A DNA stretch of 64,000 bases from positions 893,225 to 957,224 of the forward strand of contig NZ_JAKFGB010000012.1 in NCBI RefSeq assembly GCF_022267515.1, given 5' to 3'. The notes beneath the pieces were generated by a model. It did no database searches. It saw only the letters and a program-made list of their open reading frames with translations, and had not been told where the DNA came from. Shown piece after piece: positions 18,859 to 28,757 of this stretch; positions within the stretch are counted from its first letter, which is position 1, and every line of letters begins with the position of its first letter. The stretch comes from Rubinisphaera margarita (GTDB taxonomy: Bacteria > Planctomycetota > Planctomycetia > Planctomycetales > Planctomycetaceae). The translations under genes and the position numbers were made by a program.

Positions 18859-20751
18859 CTAAAGATTTCCTGAAGCGATCCGACATGTGACTGATGTTCC
18901 CTGCTCCGGAGCCGACTCCACTGTCAGAATCCCACCGATGCGATTGGCACGATAGTTCATGATTCGCAACCCAAGCCCACCGTCCCTTGGGTTCTGGATC
19001 CCAACTCCATTGTCGATGACCGCCAGTTCGATCGCATCGTCCGATTGCTCGAGTCGAATGATGATTCGGGACGCCGCGGAATGTTTAATGGCATTGGTCG
19101 TGGCCTCTTCGACGATCCGGTACAGCTGATTCGCAACGATGTTGTCCGGAATCGGAACTGTCTCCGGACATTGAAATTCGCAGTCAATCCCGTGAAACTC
19201 CCGGATCCGGCGAGCGGTCGCCCCCAGCGCCGCCATGAGCCCCTGGGTATCGATATCAACCGGGTTTAGGCCGCGGCTCAGAAGCCGGATTTTGGTCAAG
19301 GCTTCGCTCACGCCTCGTGATATCTTCTCGGCAATTCTGATATGGCGATTTTCATCTTTGCGCAGAGCAAGCGTCAACGTTTCGGCCAGCATCGCCATTC
19401 CGGTCAGTTCCTGTCCGACGACATCGTGCAGGTCTTGTCCAATCCGTCGTTGTTCCTCGGCTGCAATTTCGAGAACTTCTCGCTCAAGACGTTGCCGCTC
19501 GGTCGTATCCTGGCCAGTGCAAAGCAGGGCAACGATCTGGCCCGTCCGAGATGTCATGGGGACGGCTTCCCACTCAACCAGCCGTCGCTCTCCGGAACGG
19601 GTAAGAAGCACAGGACTGAATGACTGAACCGTTTGGCCGTTGATGGCTGCGTAAAACCGCCGCCGGAAAGGCTCGCGATCCGCCTCCGGCAGGAAAATAT
19701 CGGCCCACTCTTCTCCTCGCGTCTCTTCCAGCGGCCATCCGGAGAGCTCTTCCAGAAATGAGTTGTACTGCACGATCGTCCCGTCCGGAGACAGAATGAG
19801 GATCACGCCCCGGCTCGTTGCGATGATGTTCTCATTCAACTGATGCTCGCGACGCAGGGCCTCTTCATTCTGCTTTCGCTCCGTCAGGTTTCGAACGATG
19901 CCTGTAAAGAGTTTCTTGCCGGGGACCTGGCCGATGGCAATCTCAGCCGGGAATGTTCTTCCGGTCTTATGACGCGCCGTTACTTCACGACCGATTCCGA
20001 TCACCCGGGCTTCCCCCGTTTCCAGGTAACGTCTGAGATATGAGTCGTGTTGCTCCCGGTCGGGCGAGGGCATAAGGATGCTTACGTTCTGGCCAAGTAA
20101 CTCCTGCAGGGAGTAGCCGAAAATGTCCTCCGTCGCGGCGTTGGCGTCCTGAATGATGCCTCGTTGATCAATTGTAATGATGGCGTCGGCCGACGAACTG
20201 AGAATCGATCGCAGCGTGTTCTCCACGGTCTGCTTTTCGGTCTCAACTTTCTCGTAGTTCGAAACATCTTTGAGCAGTTGGACAAAGTACTTCAGTGATC
20301 CATCCGTCGCTCGAATCGGGATCAGAGTGATCTCGTTCCAGAACAGACTACCATCTTTTCGATAGTTCCGCACAACAACGCGACAGTCAATTCCTCTTGC
20401 GACTGCGGCTCGCAGCGTCGTCAGAGATCCCTGATTGCCGTCGTCCGTTTGCAGAAATCGTGGATCACGGTCCAGCAGCTCTTCGACCGAATATCCTGTT
20501 AGTTCAGCAGCCGCCTGATTGGCAAAGATGACCGGACATTCCTCCCCACGCGGCGTCGTCACAAGTAGAGCAAATTCGATTGCATCCAGAGTCCTCAGGA
20601 GATCTTCGGGAGTCGAGATCGTTTCGTCGATCAGTCTGCAAAGCAGCTGAAGAAGAGTCTCAGCATTCGCCGCGGGGTCGGTCATCGCGATCCAGTCGAA
20701 ATTAGCAGGGCGCAGAATAAGTCCGCTCAGATTATAGGCGTCAGGCATCAT
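18859..20751 (-). CDS. Multi-PAS sensor histidine kinase (HisKA_3 + HATPase_c)
   Basis: Several PAS repeats, an H-box (LHDVVGQEL) and an ATPase G-boxes region near the C-terminus. Confidence 0.9.
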   Translation of the reverse strand: MMPDAYNLSGLILRPANFDWIAMTDPAANAETLLQLLCRLIDETISTPEDLLRTLDAIEFALLVTTPRGEECPVIFANQAAAELTGYSVEELLDRDPRFLQTDDGNQGSLTTLRAAVARGIDCRVVVRNYRKDGSLFWNEITLIPIRATDGSLKYFVQLLKDVSNYEKVETEKQTVENTLRSILSSSADAIITIDQRGIIQDANAATEDIFGYSLQELLGQNVSILMPSPDREQHDSYLRRYLETGEARVIGIGREVTARHKTGRTFPAEIAIGQVPGKKLFTGIVRNLTERKQNEEALRREHQLNENIIATSRGVILILSPDGTIVQYNSFLEELSGWPLEETRGEEWADIFLPEADREPFRRRFYAAINGQTVQSFSPVLLTRSGERRLVEWEAVPMTSRTGQIVALLCTGQDTTERQRLEREVLEIAAEEQRRIGQDLHDVVGQELTGMAMLAETLTLALRKDENRHIRIAEKISRGVSEALTKIRLLSRGLNPVDIDTQGLMAALGATARRIREFHGIDCEFQCPETVPIPDNIVANQLYRIVEEATTNAIKHSAASRIIIRLEQSDDAIELAVIDNGVGIQNPRDGGLGLRIMNYRANRIGGILTVESAPEQGTSVTCRIASGNL

Positions 20752-20869
20752 ACTGCCTTACCAAAACCGGCTGTAGTAAAACTCGCTACAGGAAGGATCT
20801 GGGATCCTGGATGTTGTCAGGCGATCGAGTTATGGAGACTGATGGCGTTGATTTGTGCAGTGCCCCCAA

Positions 20870-21192
20870 AGCTTCCAGGTCGTGCCGGGGCGATCTTCGC
20901 CGGTGTCCGTTTTCATCGAACTTAAGGAGCGTGATCCTGTCCAACGCTGCTCTCACAAGAGACTCTGGGGGAAGCCGGAGGGTTTCTGAAACCACCGTTC
21001 CGATCACTGAACGAGGATATGGAAGAGCTGTATCACCGGCTCGAACGCTGCAGGCGAAGCTCCTTCCGATATTCCCTGGGATGTCGAACAGGATGCCATC
21101 GCCGCAGAGCTTAAGAACGGGGTGCTGCATGTCATTCTTCCGAAATGCGAAGAGGCGAAGGCCTACAAGTTCTCCATAAGAGAGTCGGTGTA
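20870..21192 (+). pseudogene. Frameshifted Hsp20/alpha-crystallin family remnant
   Basis: Two adjacent frames carry sHSP motifs: ...YHRLERCRRSSFRYSL (resembling the ER.YG.F.R.F.LP motif) and DIPWDVEQDAIAAELKNGVLHVILPK...KFSI*. Confidence 0.4.
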
Positions 21193-21349
21193 ACATCGGA
21201 AACAAAGGGCCCGGCTCCGTGCGGGGAATCCGTTCCGAGTCTGTCCTGCGGGTTCAGATCCTCGAGTTCGGTCTGGCCGGGCCCTTTGCTTTTCTTCCTG
21301 GTCGTTTACCTGAGTCGTTCAGCGGGACATATCAGAAGAGGCCACTCTC

Positions 21350-22102
21350 ATGTCTACTGAAATCAGTTTGTCCGACATCCGCCGCCTGGCCGCCGTCTGC
21401 GAACTCCCGGCGATCACTGTGTATCTGCCCGGTCCCGGGCGTTTGGGGAACCGCTCGCAGACACGTTCGCGGTTCCGGGAACTGCTCGACCAGTCAGAGC
21501 GTACCGTAAGAATGTGGTGGACCGATGCCGTCCGTGCGAAGCAGTTGCTTGCCCCCGCGCGGGAATTGCTGAACGGGACGACTCTCGACGACCTCGGAAG
21601 CTCGACGCTGGCTTGCTTTTTGACCTCGCGTGGAATGAGCCAGGTCCGAATACCGACTCTCGGGCATGAACTGATCTATATTGGTCCGCATCTTCATTTG
21701 ACCCCGCTGATGCCGTTCATCGAAATGCCCAATGACGCCGATCTTGAGTCCAGGATGGACCGAATGCACAACTTCCTCCCATGCACAGAGATGGATCGTA
21801 TCTTCAGCGCGATTCATAACGATCGCGTCGAGCTTCTCGGCTTTGTGCCTGATCGCGAGATGTGGGGGACGTACGGGGAGAACCATGATGCCTCGAAGGT
21901 TCACCCGAGCCGGCAGGATGATGATGAATGCCTGATCAATCTCCTTTTCATACTCGCGATTCTGCGTGGAACGCCCTGGGGCATTCTTTCTGACCAGAAC
22001 GCTTTAAACCCTCTTCCGGTCAGGGTGTGGCTGACTCCCGACGCGAACAAACGCATCCTCCATCCGCACGCGCGGGAAACGTCTACTACGGCGAGCTTCT
22101 AG
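21350..22102 (+). CDS. Hypothetical protein
   Basis: 250-aa ORF with coding-like composition; no family recognised. Confidence 0.4.
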   Translation: MSTEISLSDIRRLAAVCELPAITVYLPGPGRLGNRSQTRSRFRELLDQSERTVRMWWTDAVRAKQLLAPARELLNGTTLDDLGSSTLACFLTSRGMSQVRIPTLGHELIYIGPHLHLTPLMPFIEMPNDADLESRMDRMHNFLPCTEMDRIFSAIHNDRVELLGFVPDREMWGTYGENHDASKVHPSRQDDDECLINLLFILAILRGTPWGILSDQNALNPLPVRVWLTPDANKRILHPHARETSTTASF

Positions 22103-22201
22103 CGGTGCGGGATCCCTGATGAGCCGGCGCTTCTCTCGTCGAAGCAATCTGCTATCGTTGCTCGCGTACGGAACAGACTCCAGCAGAGCATTCTTTCAAC
22201 A

Positions 22202-23590
22202 ATGAACCACGAGAGATCGCCCGTCGGACGTGTGAGATTGGTGGGGCGAATCTGCGCCGCCGCCGTGTTCGGCTGGGGGGCGGCCGGGGGATTTGGCCCG
22301 CTGGGGCTTCCCGTGGAACAGCAGATCGGTTTTACGATCACGCTAATGGCGGCTCTGATGTGGATGACCGAAGCCGTCCCGCTCTTCGTGACGAGTCTGC
22401 TGGTCCTCTTTCTGAGCCTCGCGTGGCTGCAGCCCGCTCTCGATGCAGTCGGAAGATCCGTTCCGCCGTCTGTCTTTACCGGACCATTCTTCTCGGATGT
22501 CATCCTGTTGTTCCTTGGCGGGTTTGTGCTCGCTGCTGGGCTCAAGCGGCAATCGCTCGATCTCTATGCCGCCGCGATCCTGATGAGAATGAGCGGTTCC
22601 TCGCTAAGGAAACTGCTGCTGGTCTCGATGGCCACGACCGCGTTTCTCTCGATGTGGTTGAGCAATACTGCGGCCACCGCGATGATGCTGACGTTGATGC
22701 TGCCGCTGGTCCATCAGTTGCCGACGGGCGCCTCGGCCCGCACCGCATTGCTTCTGGGCATTCCGTTTTCGGCCAACATCGGCGGACTCGGGACACCCAT
22801 TGGCAGCCCTCCGAATGCGATCGCACTGCAGTATCTTCGCGATATCAACGCCGCCCCCAGTTTCGGGGTCTGGGTGCTCATCGGTTTCCCGGGCGTCATC
22901 GGAATGATCGGATTCAGCTGGGGCGTGCTGACAACGATGTTCCAGGTCAAAGGACAGGTCGAACCAACGAATCACAACCCGATCGAGATAAAATGGAATC
23001 GACCGACACTTCTCGTACTCGCCGTGACCGCATCCACAATTCTCTTATGGCTCACAACCGACTGGCATGGGTATCGGTCCGGTGTTGTTGCTCTGATTCC
23101 TGTCCTGCTGTTCTTTGGATCAGGCCTGCTTGGCGTCGCTGAATTGAGGAATCTGTCGTGGGACGTCCTGCTCCTGATGGGAGGCGGTCTGTGTCTCGGT
23201 GAAGTGCTGGCGACAAGCGGCTTCGCGGGAACTCTCGTCAGCTGGTTGCCAACAGAGGAGTTGTCCGTTTATGGAACCATGGTGTTTTTCGGCTGCACCG
23301 CCTGTCTGCTCTCGTCGGTCATGAGCAATACCGCCACGGCGAATCTAATCCTTCCGGTCGCCGCGTCCCTCTCGCTGGAGCCGATGCGTCCGATCCTGAT
23401 CGGAATCGCGTTCGCCTGCACTCTGGCGATGCCGCTCCCCGTTTCGACGCCGCCGAATGCTTTGGTCTTCAGCAGCGGAGAACTCCGATTGAGCGATCTG
23501 CAGAAAGCCGGTTCCCTCATTACAATCGCAGGCTGTACTCTGGCCTTTACCACGGGCTGGTGGTGGTGGAAACTCTGGGGGTTGTTTTAA
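22202..23590 (+). CDS. SLC13/DASS (ArsB/NhaD superfamily) anion permease
   Basis: ~12 TM helices. Repeated SNTA(A/T) motifs are typical of the DASS family. Confidence 0.75.
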   Translation: MNHERSPVGRVRLVGRICAAAVFGWGAAGGFGPLGLPVEQQIGFTITLMAALMWMTEAVPLFVTSLLVLFLSLAWLQPALDAVGRSVPPSVFTGPFFSDVILLFLGGFVLAAGLKRQSLDLYAAAILMRMSGSSLRKLLLVSMATTAFLSMWLSNTAATAMMLTLMLPLVHQLPTGASARTALLLGIPFSANIGGLGTPIGSPPNAIALQYLRDINAAPSFGVWVLIGFPGVIGMIGFSWGVLTTMFQVKGQVEPTNHNPIEIKWNRPTLLVLAVTASTILLWLTTDWHGYRSGVVALIPVLLFFGSGLLGVAELRNLSWDVLLLMGGGLCLGEVLATSGFAGTLVSWLPTEELSVYGTMVFFGCTACLLSSVMSNTATANLILPVAASLSLEPMRPILIGIAFACTLAMPLPVSTPPNALVFSSGELRLSDLQKAGSLITIAGCTLAFTTGWWWWKLWGLF

Positions 23591-23675
23591 GTGCTTGCAC
23601 AAATATTGTCTTCGCCCCTACCCCGGCCAAGCCCGTTTCAAGACAGTGAACCGGACCGACACCCGAAACTTCCGC

Positions 23676-25571
23676 ATGATACGATTGACTCGCCGTAAGT
23701 TTTCCCCTGGACTTCTGCTTGTCCTGTCTGTGGCCACGCTGGTCCGCATGGTGATGCTCTGGCAATGGTTTGACTCCCCGTACTGGGAGTATTACCGGGC
23801 CGATCACGCGTTCTATAAAGACTGGGGACTCGCCATCGCAGGCGGGGCCTTCTCTCTCGGACGTGTCTTTGAACAGGGTCCGCTGTATGCATACTGGCTG
23901 GGAGCCATCTACGCGATATTTGGCGACCTGGACTGGCCAGTGCTGTTTGTCCAGCTGGCAGCCGGGGTCCACACGAGTTGTCTCGTGTACTGGATCGGCC
24001 GGCGACTCCGAAGCGAAGCCACGGGGATCGGGGCGGGATTGATCACGGGTCTGTATGGTCCGCTGATTTACTTTGAGTTGCTCGTTATGAAGTCCTGGAT
24101 CTCTCCGTGGCTGACAGTCTCGATCTGTCTGATCGTGTTGCGACAGCTTGATCAAGTCCGAGAACCTGCAAAGGGATGGAAACCGCTAATCTCCCCTGCC
24201 GTCGTCGGCTGTCTGATCGGCCTGCTCTGCTTGGTCCGGGAGAATCACGTGCTGCTGCTCCTCCCGGCAGGGATCGCGGGTGCGGTTGCCTGTTCGGCGT
24301 GTTCACGGTGGCAACGAATGATCCCGGCGACTGTGATGCTCGCGGCCTGCCTTGTCACCACGCTCCCCGCGACAGTGCATAATCTGGCCGTGAGCGGTCG
24401 ACTGGTCTGGATCACCTCCGGTGGTGGCGAGGTGTTCTATATGGGTTGGGGCCCTCACGCGACCGGATACTATCAGAACCCGCCTTTCGTGCGGCCGGAT
24501 CCCTTTCTGGAGCATGAAGATTTCCGGCTGGAAGCGTCGCGACGGTTCGGTGAATCGGTCGATCACCTGCAGTCCTCTGACTACTGGATGCGAACCGCGA
24601 TTAAAGAAGCCCTCACGAATCCGGGGCGCAGCGTGTCTCTGGTCAGTCGCAAGGTGCTGATCCTGTTCAACGACTTCGAAGTCCCCGACAGCGATTTCTT
24701 CACGGCGGCTCGCACCGTTGTCCCCCCTTTTCAGTTCCTGCCGACGCTCGGCTGGATTGCAGGACTCGCTTTTGTCGGACTGTTTCTCCTTCCCTGGCGA
24801 GACACCAGGTGGCTCATCATTCTGGGGATTCTCGCCGTCCATGTCTTGTCGGTCGTGCTCACGTATAACTTTGCCCGCTTCCGACTCGGAATGATTCCCA
24901 TTCTTTGCCTTCTCTCGGGTTCAGCTCTGACATGGATCTTGACCGGAAGAAAGGAGGAGTTCGAGGAGACCGCCGGCGTTCCCGTGAGGGCGTTCGGAGG
25001 ATTTGTGGCGGCTGCGATATCGCTAATCAGTTTTTTGCCTCCGCCCGGCTTTTCCGAAGCAGGCTTCATCCCGATCGAAGAGCAGTTTGTCGGCGAACTC
25101 AATCGTCGAGCCGAGTTGCAGCAGCAGGCACGACTCCTCGAAGCACGCTCGTTCGATGGAACCGACTCTGAAGAGGCTCTCGCCATCGGTCAGGCCTGGC
25201 TGGCTGCCAGCCAGCGGTTCCGCGCAGCCGAGTGGCTCGAGCGTGCTCTGGAACTCGATGCGGGGAATGTGATGGCCTGGCAGTATCTTGGCGTGATTCG
25301 CGGGAAGACCGGACGGTTCGAGGTCGCGGCGGATGCATTTCAGCAGGCTCTGAACCTGACTCCAGACGATCCTGATCTCTGGGCGAATCTAGGGAATGCC
25401 CGATTTCATCAGGCGCTCGCGGGAACTCTGGACCATACGCGGCGGACAGAATTGCTTGAAGCTGCCCGATCGGCCTATGTGACGGGGTTGGAACTCGACG
25501 CTCATCACCAGACGTGTCGTCAGGGGCTGGCTTTGTGCGCTGGCGCCCTCAGCGAGAATGGCATCCCGTGA
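23676..25571 (+). CDS. GT39/PMT-like (ArnT-like) membrane glycosyltransferase with C-terminal TPR repeats
   Basis: Multi-TM N-terminal domain with an Asp-containing first loop, and C-terminal TPR repeats. Start taken at 23676 after the upstream gene's stop. Confidence 0.65.
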   Translation: MIRLTRRKFSPGLLLVLSVATLVRMVMLWQWFDSPYWEYYRADHAFYKDWGLAIAGGAFSLGRVFEQGPLYAYWLGAIYAIFGDLDWPVLFVQLAAGVHTSCLVYWIGRRLRSEATGIGAGLITGLYGPLIYFELLVMKSWISPWLTVSICLIVLRQLDQVREPAKGWKPLISPAVVGCLIGLLCLVRENHVLLLLPAGIAGAVACSACSRWQRMIPATVMLAACLVTTLPATVHNLAVSGRLVWITSGGGEVFYMGWGPHATGYYQNPPFVRPDPFLEHEDFRLEASRRFGESVDHLQSSDYWMRTAIKEALTNPGRSVSLVSRKVLILFNDFEVPDSDFFTAARTVVPPFQFLPTLGWIAGLAFVGLFLLPWRDTRWLIILGILAVHVLSVVLTYNFARFRLGMIPILCLLSGSALTWILTGRKEEFEETAGVPVRAFGGFVAAAISLISFLPPPGFSEAGFIPIEEQFVGELNRRAELQQQARLLEARSFDGTDSEEALAIGQAWLAASQRFRAAEWLERALELDAGNVMAWQYLGVIRGKTGRFEVAADAFQQALNLTPDDPDLWANLGNARFHQALAGTLDHTRRTELLEAARSAYVTGLELDAHHQTCRQGLALCAGALSENGIP

Positions 25572-25579
25572 CACCAAAA

Positions 25580-25615
25580 AGAAAGAGCCGACGATTGCCG
25601 CCGGCTCTTTCTTAG
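25580..25615. terminator. Bidirectional rho-independent terminator between convergent genes
   Basis: Stem AAAGAGCCG...CGGCTCTTT with T/A runs on both sides. Confidence 0.6.
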
Positions 25616-25637
25616 ACTTCGTATTCCGTAACCGAGT

Positions 25638-26606
25638 TTAGAACTCACCGACGACAAGACCGTCATCGCGGACGCCCAGACGCTGGAAAGTTCCCATCGG
25701 CGTTGTACCGACGGCGTTGACATTGTCGATGTTTTCGCTGATGAAGCGAACCGAGCCATCGGCCATTACGAACTGCGCTCCGCCATCGTGAAGGCTGCCG
25801 AAGCCGTCGTTGCTGTTATTGATGTTCGGGCTGCTGCCGTTGAACTTGAAGTTCGCGTTCACCGATTTGGCAACCAGATCATCCGTCTTATGCTCATGAA
25901 TGCCGGGCCACCAGGCTCCCTGCTTCACCTGGCTACCGGTGCCGTAGGAATAATACTGCTCCCAGCTGACTTCGCCGACCATCAACGTATTCGAGGTTCC
26001 GTCGGTGATGTCTCGCATCCGACAGTCCGAATTCGCCCAGAACATGCCGTTCATGCGAGCGAAGGTCGTGTCTTGCCCGTCGTTGCCGTCATTGCCGCGA
26101 ACGCCCACGTAGCTGGCCGTTCCCAGGCTGTTGGCTCCGGTCCGCGGCTTGATGTCACTGGGACAGGAGAAAGCCGGCAAAGTGGAGTTGTAACGATTCG
26201 TCGCGGTCGGCGTATCCAGCAGTCCGATCTGTCCGGGAGTTCCGGAGCATGCCCCGTTCATCTGGAAGTCTTCCAGGTCGTAGATGGCGGCCTGCTCCAG
26301 TTGGGGCAGCAGATAGAAGCCCCAGCTCGGGCTGTGCCGAATGAAGCGGTGATCACTGTCTGTAACACCCGGACACTTGGGAATGACCCAGCCCGGAGGA
26401 AACACGGTGTGGGTATCGTGGTAGTTGTGCATGGCCAGCCCAATCTGCTTCAGGTTGTTCTTACAGCTCGAACGGCGGGCAGCTTCTCGGGCCTGCTGCA
26501 CGGCGGGCAGCAGCAACGCCACAAGGATCGCAATGATCGCGATGACGACGAGCAATTCAATCAGCGTGAACGCTCGGCGAAAGTGGGACGGGTTCCTATG
26601 CGACAT
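25638..26606 (-). CDS. DUF1559 (H-X9-DG) protein with a prepilin-type N-terminal methylation motif
   Basis: N-terminus [52 protein letters not shown] Shine-Dalgarno-like sequence before the ATG at 26606. Confidence 0.85.
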   Translation of the reverse strand: MSHRNPSHFRRAFTLIELLVVIAIIAILVALLLPAVQQAREAARRSSCKNNLKQIGLAMHNYHDTHTVFPPGWVIPKCPGVTDSDHRFIRHSPSWGFYLLPQLEQAAIYDLEDFQMNGACSGTPGQIGLLDTPTATNRYNSTLPAFSCPSDIKPRTGANSLGTASYVGVRGNDGNDGQDTTFARMNGMFWANSDCRMRDITDGTSNTLMVGEVSWEQYYSYGTGSQVKQGAWWPGIHEHKTDDLVAKSVNANFKFNGSSPNINNSNDGFGSLHDGGAQFVMADGSVRFISENIDNVNAVGTTPMGTFQRLGVRDDGLVVGEF

Positions 26607-26648
26607 TAAAGTCTCTCCGGGAAAGAAAACGATGAAATCGTCAGCGCA

Positions 26649-26666
26649 TACGTTCCCCTGAACGTA
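26649..26666. promoter_or_regulatory. Inverted repeat TACGTTC-N4-GAACGTA ~45 nt upstream of the DUF1559 start
   Basis: Read from the sequence. Lies within an AT-rich intergenic patch. Confidence 0.3.
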
Positions 26667-26850
26667 CTGCAATGACGAATAAACACCTCAGGAAGGAAAT
26701 CAGGGCGGGGGTGGTTGCAAATTTTATGAAATTCGCCGGCGATTTAAATAGAGCGTGTGGAAATATTTATACGTCTCGGCGAAATTCCAGCCGCATAGGC
26801 CCGTGATCCGTCGCGTAAGAAGAGGCAAGAGCGGACGCCGTGGCATCGCT

Positions 26851-28320
26851 TCAGCCCAGTCGCCCCCTCGATTGAAGCTCGGCAGCCACCTCAGGAATAC
26901 TGGCCGGACGTGCAGTTTGTGGTTTCAGGAGGCATCGGCCAATCAGGTCCTGAAGAGGTGAAGGGATCGCTGAAAGCTCGGGCGAAGCATCGGAAACGAC
27001 CTCCCGCAAAGTCTCAGGGATCGACCCACCCTGGCTGGGAGGCCCGCCGGTCAGAAGGTAGTAGAGTAGACTCCCGAAACCGTAAACGTCGGTTTTCGGG
27101 CTGATCGGACCAAAAGCCGAAGAGACCTGCTCTGGCGCCAGAAAGCCGGGTGTCCCTCCCAGCCGCAGGTCCGACACGTCGCTAATTGCCCTTGCGAATC
27201 CAAAATCGACAAGGACCGGCGAACCATCCTTCCGCATCAGCACGTTGCCGGGTGTGATATCGCCGTGAATGAGACCGGCTTCGTGGACTTCGCGGAGAGC
27301 TTCGGCGATTCTCAGGCCGCATCGCCCCACCTCCCCGAGTGACGGCTGCGAACTGGCTTTCCACTGAAAAAGATTCTCACCATCGATCCAATCGGTAACG
27401 ATCAGTGTGCCTCCATGGGGCGTAACTCCGAAACCGTGTACCCGGACGAATCCGGGATGCCGCAGCGAATGAACGCGGGTGACTTCGTTCTTCAGGCTTT
27501 CGACGCACTGCTGATTACGCCAGAACTTCTTCCGCAGGAACTTGACCGCGACAGGAGTGCCCTGCGTCAGCCAGGTTGCCATATACACCTTCCCAAAATT
27601 TCCCTGGCCCGTCAGCTGATGAAGCTTCAGATCGGTATAATCGACGGCCACGAGCTCAGATGGCCACGACTCACCGGGGCTACTGGCATTCGGCGGAACT
27701 GCCGGCTGTTGTCCCGGTACTCCGACAATAGCGTCGGCATCCTTTCCTGCGAGACTCTTCCGGAACCGCGTCAGCAATCGACGAATCGTTCGTTCCGAAT
27801 AACCGAACGTCCGAGCCAGTTCGGATTGCTTCTCTCCCTGGAAGAGCCCTTCGATAATGCGTTGTTCCTGGGAAGAAAATTCGCTCAGGGCCGACGCCAT
27901 CAGGTCGGTCGCCATTATCAACGCCGGCGGCTCGGGCTCTTTCGAGGCCACATCCTCCACGAACCTTCCCGGTTCAAAAGCGGACTCGTTACGCATATCT
28001 CTGCGGCCCGCCGAATGCCGACTGGCCTGTCGAGCAAGTTTCCGCATCGTGACCGTCGCCAGGAACGGCCATAAATCGTCATCCGGCGGAACTGCAATCA
28101 TTCCGCGATCAAATCCCAGGAACGCACTTCGCCAAGCCGAAAGGACGACATCTTCCGCGTCGAGACGACGTCCCAATCTCTTGCCCAGACGTGCCTGAAC
28201 CAGGGCGGTCAGCCGAATGTGATACCGGCGGACGAGTACCCCAGCCGCGGCCTCATTTCCGGACTTCCATGCGTCGAGCAGATCACGATTTGAAAGGGAT
28301 TCGAGGGCGAAATCGGGCAT
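26851..28320 (-). CDS. ECF sigma factor fused to a Ser/Thr protein kinase
   Basis: Sigma-70 region 2 (DAEDVVLSAWRSAF) and region 4 (ELARTFGYSERTIRRLL) are followed by kinase motifs GQGNFGKVY, VAVKFL, IHGDITPGNVL, DFGFA. Confidence 0.8.
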   Translation of the reverse strand: MPDFALESLSNRDLLDAWKSGNEAAAGVLVRRYHIRLTALVQARLGKRLGRRLDAEDVVLSAWRSAFLGFDRGMIAVPPDDDLWPFLATVTMRKLARQASRHSAGRRDMRNESAFEPGRFVEDVASKEPEPPALIMATDLMASALSEFSSQEQRIIEGLFQGEKQSELARTFGYSERTIRRLLTRFRKSLAGKDADAIVGVPGQQPAVPPNASSPGESWPSELVAVDYTDLKLHQLTGQGNFGKVYMATWLTQGTPVAVKFLRKKFWRNQQCVESLKNEVTRVHSLRHPGFVRVHGFGVTPHGGTLIVTDWIDGENLFQWKASSQPSLGEVGRCGLRIAEALREVHEAGLIHGDITPGNVLMRKDGSPVLVDFGFARAISDVSDLRLGGTPGFLAPEQVSSAFGPISPKTDVYGFGSLLYYLLTGGPPSQGGSIPETLREVVSDASPELSAIPSPLQDLIGRCLLKPQTARPASIPEVAAELQSRGRLG

Positions 28321-28423
28321 TCGTCGTATTTCGAGAATATCTCAGGTTTCGGTGTCCGGTCAGTAAACCAGTCCTGCATTCACCTGACAACCCGATTTCA
28401 TTTCCAGTTCAGGAGAACTCAGG

Positions 28424-28696
28424 ATGGTGATGGTTGTTACGAAACCGTGTTCTGGCTGCAAGTACACTGACTGCGTCGTCGCCTGCCCGGTCGACGCGTT
28501 TCATGAGGGGGAAACCATGCTCTATATCGGCGAGGAATGCGTCGAATGTGATGCCTGCATCCCGGAATGTCCCGTTGAAGCCATTTACCTCGACCAGAAT
28601 GTCCCGGCCGAATGGGAACACTACATCGAGTTGAATCGAACCATGTCTCAGCACCTTCCGCAGATCACGGAAAAGAAAGAGCCGCTCTGCGAGTGA
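28424..28696 (+). CDS. 7Fe ferredoxin (FdxA type)
   Basis: CSGCKYTDCVVACPV...CVECDACIPECPVEAI. Confidence 0.85.
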   Translation: MVMVVTKPCSGCKYTDCVVACPVDAFHEGETMLYIGEECVECDACIPECPVEAIYLDQNVPAEWEHYIELNRTMSQHLPQITEKKEPLCE

Positions 28697-28705
28697 AACG
28701 AAATC

Positions 28706-28743
28706 AGCCCGAAGAGCCTGGCTCCTCGGGCTGTCTTTCTTTC
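28706..28743. terminator. Bidirectional intrinsic terminator
   Basis: Stem AGCCCGAAGAG / CTCCTCGGGCT followed by a T-rich tract. Confidence 0.55.
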
Positions 28744-28757
28744 ACGAACATTCGCTG

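Noticed and set aside
23547-24155. 202-aa minus-strand ORF
   Set aside because: It is antisense to the well-supported PMT-like membrane protein gene. A typical high-GC shadow ORF.
26425-26661. Conserved small ORFs [24 protein letters not shown]... and its twin at 29533-29832
   Set aside because: Their conservation is explained by being antisense to the conserved N-terminal prepilin-like region of the two DUF1559 paralogs.
26649-26666. Cheo-box type LexA site (GAAC-N4-GTTC)
   Set aside because: The half-sites are in the opposite arrangement (GTTC-N4-GAAC), and the gene context (DUF1559) is not DNA-damage related. Kept only as a generic palindrome.
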